From: an uncultured bacterium
Lineage (GTDB): Bacteria > Patescibacteriota > JAHJAL01
Assembly: GCA_938004065.1 (NCBI GenBank)
Contig: CALKWM010000038.1
Location: 66,466-130,465, forward strand
DNA length: 64,000 nucleotides
Direction: 5' to 3'
Made by a program: the position numbers and the translations under genes. Each line of letters starts with the position of its first letter. Position 1 is the first letter of the stretch. Positions 38,301 through 50,300 of the stretch are shown here, one piece after another. The notes below the pieces were generated by a model. The model worked only from the letters and a program-made list of their open reading frames with translations, did not search any database and was not told the DNA's origin.

Positions 38301-41300
38301 AGACGATTGAGGTCATCGTCGTTGTCAGAAAGAGCGCCTAGACCAATGTTGTACAATCGCTTGATTTGATTGTCGGTCAATTTGGTTTTGGTCAGGAACG
38401 CGCCTTGGACATTTCCCTGGAACAAGTTGGTACCACCGGAGGAACCACCAATAGTGAGATTGTTTGTCGGATTGTTAATATCCAAATTGGCGGGAGTGGT
38501 GATGTCAGCTTCCGGTTCACCGTCAATGTAGATTTTCAAAATATTGTTTTGAGCATCGTGCACTCCGGCCAGATAATGCCAGGTGTCGGTTAGGTCATAT
38601 TCTTCAGACGCTGTGGTATACAAACCGGATCCCTTGCCAACAGTCGCTTCGTAAATAATTTTGCCGGCATTGGATGTAGTAGAAAGAGCAAAAGAAGTGG
38701 TAGCGGCAGTTAGTCCGGTTTGGCCAAATACCGTTTCCGAGGTAGTGGCACGAGAGGGTTTCACCCAGGCGCCAAAAGATAAATTGTTAGAATCGGTAAA
38801 ATTAAAATCCGAATGATCAGCAACACTGAGATAATTGGCACTGCCATCGAAATATAGAGATTTGCCTCGAACGCCTTGGCTCCAATCACTGTCGGACAAG
38901 GTAGCGCCAAAACCATGAATGCTCATATCATGGCTATGAATACCGCGATCAGAGACAGAGGCGACACCGGTTTGATCTCCGGCAATCCACATACCAACCA
39001 GATTGAGCGGACCATTCATACTTTCGGTAATGTATTTGGCGGTAATTTCTTTGGTAAAACCATTTTGATTATCGTGGCTGGAATCGTCGCTCAATCCACT
39101 GGTCAAGGTATCAATTATACCCAGACCATTGTCGGTAGCGGTAAATATTTTGTTACTGGAAAATTCATCGGCAATTGATTCGGATTCATTGACGAGAATG
39201 TCGTTGATCGGTTCCGTTGGGATTTGGTAAGTGGCGATGGCACTATCTTCATACAATTCGTTATAGTTGGCGATGTTAAAATTTTGTTTGTAAGTAATAA
39301 TGTTGTCGATATTGATCACATTGTTATCAGTGCCATTTGCCATATATATATGTCCATTGGTTGATAATTTTAGTTTATCGATACCATCACCCCCGCTGGT
39401 ACCGTAAATAACGGTGTTATTGTATTCGTCAATTACATTTACTCCCCCATTGGGACCACTAACACCGGCGGTCAGAGTAATGCGTCCGGCCAACAGTTCG
39501 GCATCCAGATCGTTGACGGATAGATCATTGAGGGTAATTTTATCGTCCTGGCCGAATTCATTGGACTGGTTACGGTAGGCAATATTGCCAAAGATAAGGT
39601 CAGAACCGGCTTCACTGCCGAAATATCGGGCGGAATCATCGATATAATCGACTTTCAAAATACCAAAACCGCTGGAATCGGAATTGCCGGCATAGAGCTG
39701 TCCGTTAAGCATATCAACGGATGTAATCAAAGTATTATCCCCACCCAGAAAATCATCGGTATTGGTATTGGTGAAACGCATCCAGAGCGAATTATCGAGC
39801 GTATCGATGATTTCAATCGACTTCTGATCGGGATCGGTGGTGTTGTCGGTGGCAATAATCGCCGCCACTTCGGGGAATGATCGTCTGATACCGCGCATAT
39901 TGGATCTTTCTTCGGTGTACCAGGAAGCAATTTTATATATTTCTCCGGATACGAATTTAGCGCTATATTTAAATGTAATATCGACACCGGTATCAGAGCC
40001 GTCAAAATAGAGATTGGATTTTTCGGCGGATGTTACATAAGTCGATGCCGACCAGCCGATTCCATTACTATTGGAAACTTTGTAAGTGGCCTCGCCGGTC
40101 GGACCACCGGCATCAATCTTGATCGCCAACTGGTCACTATTAGAACTTTGGTCACCACTGATTTCTATTCCGGCTGAACTGCTGGCAATCTCATCACCGC
40201 TAAAACTATAGTCATATTGATGTGCCAAGGCGCCGATCTGACCAGATGTCAGTTCTGAGTTATAAACCCGGACTTCATCGATCCGTCCGGCGAAGGGGAC
40301 ACCGCCGGAGGCACGGGAACCAATGGTGAAGGCCTGAGTATTTACAATTGTCGCTCCACCCAGACTATCACTCGATTTGGTCATTGTTTCCGCCTGACCA
40401 TCAACATACAGCATAGTGCCATCATAAGTACCACTGCCATCATAGGTAGCGACCACATGGTGCCACTGGCCATCATTTACTTTGGTCGAGCCGATCGAGC
40501 TGATGTAAGTGCTATTAATAACGTTACGTATTACTAAATTCAGCTTTCCGGTTGTAGAATTCAATGCCGACAAACTATAACCACGATAGTTACCGGAATT
40601 TTCCATTTTGGAGACGATAATATCGTCGGTGGTTGTATTGCTAGTTTTTATCCAGGCAGATAAAGTAAACGGTTGATTGTATTCAAAACTTAATGGCGAG
40701 ACATTGCCGACCGAGACATAATCATTGCTGTCGTCAAAATTGAGACCAAAATCATTGATACCACTGGACCAGACCGGGCCATTGGTAAGTGTTCCGGTAT
40801 TATTGTTCGTGGAGGCATCTTCGGTAGCCGTACCGGTTCCTTCATTCAAAGGCCAGTAGCCAACCAGATTGTCTGTTACGATATTGTTATTGTTTATTTC
40901 GTTTTGTTCTTCCACCGGCTGGACTTTAGTATATGGATTATCAGATTCATAAATGGTTTTAATTTCCTCTGCCGAAAATGCTTTACCGGCCAAGAGGACA
41001 TCATCGACGGTGCCGTAGAATTTTTCTCCAATTATCAAATCTTCTGAATTGATTGATAATGAGCCGTCATAAGTTTTTTCTTCCCTTAATTCACCATTGA
41101 TGAATATTTTTTGGCTGGTGCCGTCGTAGGTCTGAACGACATGGGACCAACCCTCATCCAGTTTGGAGCTGATAGTTTGCGAACCCAAAGTGGAATAGAA
41201 ATAATCATCGGTGGCGCCGATCGAGTAAGCGGTACCTTTTTTGATAATGTTGGTGGTTTCATCCAAATCAACCTCTTTGGCTTGTTCAGCCGCCAGGCTG

Positions 41301-44300
41301 GCAATAATGTCACTTGCCGGATTAATGTTATTAATTTTATTGACCCGGAAATCGTCAAAGAAAGTGTCGACATCATCACCGGTATTGGCGTAACTGGAAA
41401 GACCGGTAAACTGAGTCGTCATGGTCAAATCATATTCACTGCCGCTGCCGAAACTGGTCCAGTCGGTATGATTGTGTTTTTTGTAATAAAAACGGAATGT
41501 ATTATCATATTTTCTGATTTTCAAATCAAAGTCATTGTCAGTAAAATTAGCGTCATTACTGGTAACACTGCCGGCATCTTCAACTTTGAAATTAACTTTC
41601 TGCCCTGACCAGTATTTGCGCATGCCCTGCACGTGGTTGCTGTCATCTTCGTACACTATCAAACCACCCTGCTGATCATCTTCACCGAGTGAGGCCTGTA
41701 TGCGGACAGTAAGTTCATAATTTTGTCCCGTCATATCAGTATCGGCCAGCAGAACCGGGGCGGAATTGTCCGCCTCCCACATATTGCTATCTTCCAGGGC
41801 CTCGATCCACAGCCAGCCATCTTGTTTACCCCCCTCGCTCCAACTGCCGGCAACTTCCCGGGTCCAACCCCATTGATCGGTGTTCAAAACTCCATCTTCG
41901 AAGTCATCATAGATATCAAAAGTGGCTTGCCCATTAGTTTCACTCACTGCTGTCGGATTGCCATAATACATAGTAAATGAAGAAGTACCATTGTCGGGAA
42001 TTTTTATCCAGACAACAGAAGTACCGCCGACCGCCCAGCGTTCAATCCAATAGTTTAGTTTGTTACCGTTGTCATCAAAGAATCGGATATCGGAACCATC
42101 TTCATTAACATTGGCATAATCGATATCACCGGAATCCATTTCCAGTTTAACTTGATAATTGTCGGCGGGGGTATTTGACGAAAGGGTGACGGTGCGTTTG
42201 TACATCCAGTTGGTTTCGCTTTCCAGGGTGGCCGCACTTTCAGTACCGGAATATTTTTTAACAAACAAATTATCGATTTCGAACGGTTTAGAGTAATTGG
42301 TTATACCGATTTTTAGTGGTGTTTCTGAAGAATAAGTTGAATCATAAGATTTTTCCCAGCTAATGCCGCCATCACTACTCTTCTGATAAATTGCACCGGA
42401 ATTATTTTTCAGGGGCATGCTTACTTTGTAAGTTGTTCCGTTGGTCCAGGTACCCGCCACACTTGGTGTGCGGTTATTGCCATCTTCATAGACATCAACC
42501 GTCTGGGAATTGAGGTCATAATAAGCGTAAATCAAATCACTTTGATCTGTGCCGGTACCGCCGTCGTGCCAGCCAAACATGATGTGGCCGGTACTTGAGG
42601 TTGGTTTATAGTCAAGTCTTAATTCATATTTGTCGCTACGATTGAAGGTGCCAATGCTGGTCAGGCCATTGCTTCCCCAGGCACCCGAACCGCCGGTGGC
42701 GATCAATTTATCATTCTGGGAAAGATAAGACCCATTGTCAAATACCGACCATTTATCGGTGTCTATAGTCGTACCGGTAAAGTCATCAAAAAACGGAAAA
42801 GTAAGTTCTCCATAACTTTCTGATGATACATTGCTATTGCCATAATACATGAAGATTTTTTCTGTGCCGGCGTCGGGTATATTGACCCAGATACTGGACC
42901 GGTTGGACCAGGTAGCGCTATTCCAATATTCTATCCAGTAGTTTAATTTATTGAAATTGGAGTCATAGAAACGGATGTCCTCACCACTTCCTTGGGCGTT
43001 GGAGTAGGGGAATGAGGAATCGAGCTGTACCTGAACCTGATAATTATCGGTGGGAGTGGCCGGTGCTAAACTGATCCCCCGTTTATAATCCCAGCTTTCC
43101 TCTCCGGACAGGTTGGCGTTATTGACCGGCTGATAATTTTTGGCCAATGCAATCTGATCAAAATAGACCGGCAGATCGGCGCTGGTATCGGACCAGCTCG
43201 CCACGCCAGTGCGTTCAGCCGCGAACGATTTGTAACTAACATTAGTCAATTGCGTCCAACTGGTCGAGTTATGGTCCTTAAAAAAGAAATAATATCCACC
43301 CTGTTGTTTCACTATTGCTAAATCAACGACGGTCGGTATGGCATTATTTTCATATGTAATATTCGAATTATTATCGGTTTCATCAATAATAACCATCGCC
43401 GCCGCCGCACCGCTTTCATTATAAGCCGGGCCGAAGAAGAGGTAATTATCGTCGTCTTGATAAATCATCAGGCCCGTTTTCGTTTTGGGATAAGAAGCCG
43501 ATGGTTTAGAGAGATCCGATTCAAACTGGATAGTTGTTGATAACTCATAATCAATTCCCATATAATCCGCCTGGCCGATAATCATCGGCGCACTGGCCGC
43601 GTCGCCGCTCATATTCTTGCCATTTTGCGCTTTCAACTTCATCCAGCCGGATTTATCTACTCCTTCGTTCCAGGAAGTATTATCCACCCGGATTTTTGAC
43701 CATTTGTTTTGATCAAACTGGCCGTCGGTAAAATTATCATACAGGGAAATTGTGTTGTCGCCATCTTCAGTTGTGAAAGACTGACCGTCGCCATATTGCA
43801 TGTAAAAAGCGGCCGTTCCCTGATTTGGGATTCTAACATAAATAGTTGAATTGCCCCCATAGTTCCAGTCGAAAAAGAAATAATCCAGACTGTTGCCCAA
43901 CAGGTCATAAAATCTGATATCGCCGCCATCACTTTGGACTTTAGAGTAATCGAAATTGGCGCCGGTCAATTCTACTTTGGCCTGATAATTGGCTTCCTGG
44001 GTGGGGCTATCAAAAATTAAAGTTTGCTGGTAGAGACTGGCCGGTGAGCCGGTTTGCTGACTGCCCAGAGAAATGACGGAATTACCCTCGCTAAAGGCCC
44101 GTCTTTCATAGTTGGCCAGCACTTCGGCGGCTGTCAAGGCCCGATTGTAAATTTTTGTCTCATCAATACTACCGGTGAAATAATTATTATTGGTATTATA
44201 ATCACGCCGACCAACCGTGAAGGGAATATCGAAACTATTGTGCCCCGAGGTTGAGTCGGTGCCAACCAACTGTCCATCGACGTATAATTTTTTCACTCCC

Positions 44301-47300
44301 GCTTCGTAAGTTCCAACGACATGATGCCAGGTATTTAGAGATAAAGTGGTGGGCGCATCAAGATATTCACTGGGGTTGCTGGTCCAGAATGTCGGTCGAT
44401 CAGTGTAGCTTGAACGACCGGCGGCAATGGACCATTGTCCGCTACCGCTTGACCCCCGGCTGATTATTCCATTCATATTGGCGTGACTGGCTGTCGGGTA
44501 AAACCAGGATTCAGCCGTAAAGGTCGCATTGGCAGTCATATTATAGTTGGCGGTGGTGGCATAATCATTTCCATCAAAGACGACATTGTCGCCGCTGGAA
44601 AATTTTACATCACTGCGCTCCGCCCACTGACCACCATCCAAAGTAGGTGAAGACCAGGCCGGATCATTGGCACTGGCGGCAAAGTTCAGATTACGAGAAT
44701 TACCCGAGTTGTCAGTGATAGTTGTGCCGCTACCATCATCCATGTGCCACTGAGCAATCAAACCGTTATTATCAGTTTCTTTAGTAAAAGTTTTATCGAA
44801 ATTTGTTTCCGCGGTCGCACCGGAATTACCATAATACATATATACTTTGCTGGTGCCGGCTTCCGGAATTTTTAGCCAAATCTCGGAGGTGCTGAGTGGA
44901 TCATAATTCTCAATCCAATAATTAATGTCGTTGCCATTTTGATCGGCGAAACGCAGGTCGGACCCGTCGCCGTTGGCTTTCAAGTATTCAAAATTGGATT
45001 GATTGAGAGTTAATTTAAGTTGCAGATTGTCCACGCCAGTTGATGGATTTATTGTCAGTGACTTGGTATAAATCCAGCCATCCAACGCCCCCGGATTGAT
45101 CCAGGCGCCGATAGTGAATTGATTGGTATTGTTCAGGCTTTCTTCATGCGGCACTATCACATAATCATTCTGCCCATCAAACGACAAAGCCGAACCATAT
45201 TTTCCATTTTCCGACCAGGCCGGCAAATTGGAGTCGGTTTCGTTATTGGCGATGGAGACGGTTGGCAATATTACGGTGTAATTTCTCCGTTCGTATATGT
45301 TCCTTATCTGTTCTGCCGAAAGTGTTTCACTGACAATTCTAACCTCATCAATTGAACCGGAGGTGTATTGTCCATTGTAGCCCCGCATGAAGTAGTTTAT
45401 TCTGTAGGGATAGGAGTCGTTGGAATTAGACGAAGATCCATACGCTTCCAGTCGTCCATCGATATATAGATAACCTGTTTGGGAGGAATCCTGAGTAAAG
45501 GCAATATGATGCCAGTTACCATCAGCCACCAGAGTGGTTGATTTTAGATTATGTTGCCAGGCGGAATTATAATGTATAAATTCGACATAGCCGCTACGCA
45601 GTACGAAATTGGCGTAAATATCACTACTATCGCGGCCCAACAAGACTTTTCCGTATTCACCATTTTGAGCGGTATCTGTCCCTTTGTACCACATAGATAG
45701 GGAGAAGTTTGACGTGTCCGAATATGATATCGCTGACGCCAGTGAAACATGATCATTGACACCATCAAAAGTCAGATAATCACCGGAAGAAAAATTGGTA
45801 CTACCGTCATCACCAAATCGTCCGCCATCCGAGCCGTTCCAGGTCGGACCGTTTTGCAGAGTGCCGGTATTGGCGTAACTCGAACTATCAGAAATAGTGG
45901 TTGAAGGATTGCCTTCGTCCATGTGCCATAGACCTCGTATATTGCTTGAATCCAAGTCATAGTCTTTAGTAAACACATTATCAAAACTGTCAGCGGAGCT
46001 GGCGCCGGAATTACCATAATATATATAGAATGTTTTAATCGTTTTTGCTTCAATCGTGGGCAGTTGCACCCAAAATTTGGTTTGATTGGGAGTGGAGTTG
46101 GCGCTGTCATAAAAATAATCTACCGGCGTGGTCATGTCCGATTCGGTAAAGCGGACGTCATCAAAATCTGTCTGCATTTGTGCCGGTACGAGTGAAGTGG
46201 TATCTATCAAAACGGGCAACTGATAATTCGTTAAATCATAAGGATTCTGGGAATTATCGACATATAAAGGGGAACGATAATTCCAGTTCGTGTCATACCA
46301 GACCGGTTGCGCGACATATTGTTCGGAAATTAATTTTAGACCGCCCACGGCAGCTACCGGTTCGGAGGCGGAATATTTTCGCACAAATAGATCATCGATC
46401 TCAAATGATTTGCTATGATTGGTCAATCCGATTTTCACCGGAGTTTCAGACGAATAACTGCTGTTGTAACTGGTTTCGAAATTTAAACCGTCATCCACAC
46501 TTTTTTGATAAGTGTTACCACCGGCTGATTTCAACTGCATTTTCACCCGATAATTCGTGCCGTTGTTCCACCGGCCCGCCAGGGTCGGGGTGCGATCAAC
46601 CCCGTCCTCATAGACATCAACCGTTTGCGAACTCAAGTCATAGTAAGCATAAATCAAATCGGTATAACTATTGCCGGTCCCGCTGTCGTGCCAGCCAAAC
46701 ATCATGTGATCATTGATTTCGGTCGGTTTATAGCGGAAATTCAGTTCCAGATCGGCACGGGTGAAGGTTTGTGTGCCCCGGAGTCCGTTACTGCCCCAGG
46801 CACCCGAACCGCCGGTGGCAATCAGTTTATCATTTTGTGACAAATAGTTGCCGTTATCAAATTCCACCCATTTGCTGGTATCAATGGTGGTGCCGGAAAA
46901 ATCGTCAAAAAATTCAAATACATTTTCGCCATCGGAAACATTTTCGGCAGTTGAATTGCCATATTTCATCGTCAAAACACTGGTACCGCTGTCAGGTACT
47001 TTGATCCAAACCAGCGAATCACCGGTGTCATCCCAGTTTTCAATCCAGTAGGATAATTCATTATTATTAGTGTCATAAAAACGTAGATCTCCCCCATCAT
47101 CTTGGGAGTTCTGGTAATCAAAATTTTCCGGATTTAATGTCAGCATCACCTGGTAATCATCAACCGGAGTGACGGGGCTCAGATCAATTTCGCGAGTGTA
47201 TAACCAGGTGCCACTTTGGCCGCCGGCCAGATAGCCGGCGTTGTTGGTACCGGAAGAATCGGCTACAATCGATCCCGTACTTTCGTCAAAATGCCACAAC

Positions 47301-50300
47301 CCGCTAACGCGGTCATCGACTTTATTGACGCCATAACGCCAGTTGGCATCGTGGAAAGGTGAAAAAGCGACTAATCGCCCCTGAGAGATTTGTAGTTTGG
47401 CTCCGCTTGATTCACCGTATTCATTCAATGCTCGCAGTTCGGTTATACTTCGAAAACGATTGGCGCTTAGTTGTCGAACTATATTGCCGGCACGTAATTT
47501 TATTTTTTCGGTTAAACTCTTGCCATCTAAGTCGGTACCGGATATTTGTAAAACTCCCGGGGTAATTATTTGTAGATCATCGAGTGCCAATTGTGAGTAT
47601 TCCGCAAATCCAATGGATTGGTCAAATGATATAATCGAGCCGGATCGGACTGTATAATCTTGGGAATAGTGATGGTAAATTTCATCGTTAGACAAAATTC
47701 GGTTATGAATTGCCAATTCGTCGATTTCACCGGTAAAGCCATTGCCTATGACAAGATCGTTATCATCAGCGGAAATTTCTCCCAGAAAATAGTATTCTTG
47801 TTGAATTACACCATCGACATATAATCTCAGATATTTGCCGTTATAGCTGCCAGTCAGATGATGCCAGTTATTGTCATTAATAATGCCGGCGGTTGATCCA
47901 GTACAGCTTTCCGCACTGCCGGCGGTATTTTGCCATTGATTATGGTCGTATATATAAAAGAACGGTCGGCCATCGGGACAGATCTCCAATTTATACTCAT
48001 TGTCTTTGGTTAAAATCGGCCCGGAAGAATCGGTCTTGATCCAGCTTTCGACGGTGATGTTGTCTGCAGGGGACAGAGAATAATGTTGACCAAGGTTGAT
48101 GTTGTCGGTTGTATTAAAAGAACGACTACGCCCTACCCGGCCGTTGTCCACCAGGGTGGTGCCGGTAATAACGCCGTGATTGGCCTGACCGGAATAATCA
48201 TTGCTATCTTCCATGTCCCACCAGCCGATCAATTTTGACTTGGCGTTTTCATACAAATTGAGGATTTCGTTTTGGGTTAGAACTGTAGAATACATTTTTA
48301 GTTCGTCGATTTGACCGTCAAAATGCGTGGCGCTGGTGAAAGCGGTAGAGCCAATTTTCAGATTGGCGGTACCGTTGGCCATAGAGCCGGTGGCACTTTC
48401 ATCTGCATACAATATACTGTTTACATATATTTTAAAGTTTGAATCGGCTTCATCACGATTAACAATAATATGAGACCATTGTTGCGGTTTAATCAGACCT
48501 TTAGGACTGGTTATTTGGTACAGTTGAGTGGCATTCAAAGCGGTGGCGGTAAATTCTACCGCACCTTCGGTTGAAATCTCGAGATTGTATTCCCAGTTGG
48601 AGGCGGTACCTTTACTCAATACCGGTTGGCGATTGTCCAGATTGTCAGGATTGACCCAAACCGAGAAACTGAAATCATCGGCAAAAGTAAATTTATCATC
48701 ATCGGGTATAATCACTTCTTCGTCATCGCCGAAAAATTCGAGTGCGCTACCGACCAGGCCGTCAATATAAGCCGGATCACCATTTAAACTGCCGGCAACG
48801 GCGTTGGTGGTAGTATCGTCTTCGACGCTGGTGGTCAAGTCATTTTCATCAAATGTATAGAGCGCTTCCAGATTGGCGGGATTGACCAGGCCAATCGAAT
48901 TATTCAAAGACAAGGTGTTTTTCAGTTCTTTATTGTAAGAATAGTTTGAGGTTGGTTCGGTGGTAGTGTCATAGAGTTTCACATCGGTAATTTCGTTGGA
49001 AAGCAATTGCCCATTAGCGGTGTTGATACCGTCAGTGGCGGTGAAAATATACGTAGTGGGGTCGATGTCAATCGGATACTCCAAATTGGCGACATTGACT
49101 ACCAATGCCAGATATAAATATTCCTGTGTTGAGTATTCCGGTGTGACATCAAGTAAAGGATATTGATCTTCCAAACCAATTTGTTCGATTGGATTAATTG
49201 TTTGGTCAAATTCCGGGGTGTTGGAAACCGGTTGGGCATCAGTGTCCAAATCAATTTCTTGAGCTTCGCTAACGCCAAGAGTATGAAATACGTTTTTGAC
49301 AACATATTTGAGTGCGTTGATGATCATATCGTAAAATGATTGATGGTCGCCGGTGTCCAAAGTTTGAACGGTGGCCGAAAGGTCAGATTCGTATTGCTGA
49401 TTTTCGGTTTGATCCGATTCTTTAACATCAATGCTTGATTCGTTTTCATCGATATTGTCTGCCGGTAGTGATTGATCAATTTCCATATCTTCTGTTTGGC
49501 TTAGGTTAAATCTGGATGAATCGATTTCCAGACCGGATCGGTATTCTTGTTCCGTCAATAGCTGTAAATATGCATTGGTGGAAATTTCTCCCTTGTTGTC
49601 AATCAAAAATGGCGCGGTAACCGAAGCGACCGTTGCCCCACTTTGATTTTGGTAGTGGATTTGATTATCAGACAAAACCGGTGTAACGTTTTCCAAATCC
49701 AATTGGTAGTAAAATATCCAGTTATTTTCACCATGATAACCACTGGCCAATTTGTCTATTTGCCTGGTGGTGTCTGATTTCAATATTAGATCTTCCTTGA
49801 TTCCTTGGCTGAGTGAGGTGTAAACCACATCCACATTGTCCCACTGGTTTTGATAAACCAATTTGTTTTCATCAGCTGAGGCGTTGGCAGTGTTGGCGGA
49901 AACAGGTTGATATTTGATTGAATAATCGATTTTTCGGGCAACTTGATTTTGATCTTCGACGGAGTTAAATTTTAGTTCCAATGGTTCATCTGATTTTTTG
50001 GGAATCGATAATTTATGCGGAGTTTGTTGAGACAGATAACTACCGTTTTCAAAGATCAATTTCGGGTCGATAATTTCCTCGGTTTGAGTTTCCGGATTGA
50101 TATATGTTTCAATCAATTGAGCTTTTTTCAAAGATTCGAGAGTATCATTACTGGCGGTATTTAAGCTGTTAACCAATTCGTTTTTTTCAAATTTACTGTC
50201 AATGTCTTTTAAATCTTTGTAAACCAATTCTTGTGAAGCGTTACCGATATTGTCGATAACTTTTGTTTTTTCTTCATCACTCAGTTTTGAAGTGGCCATG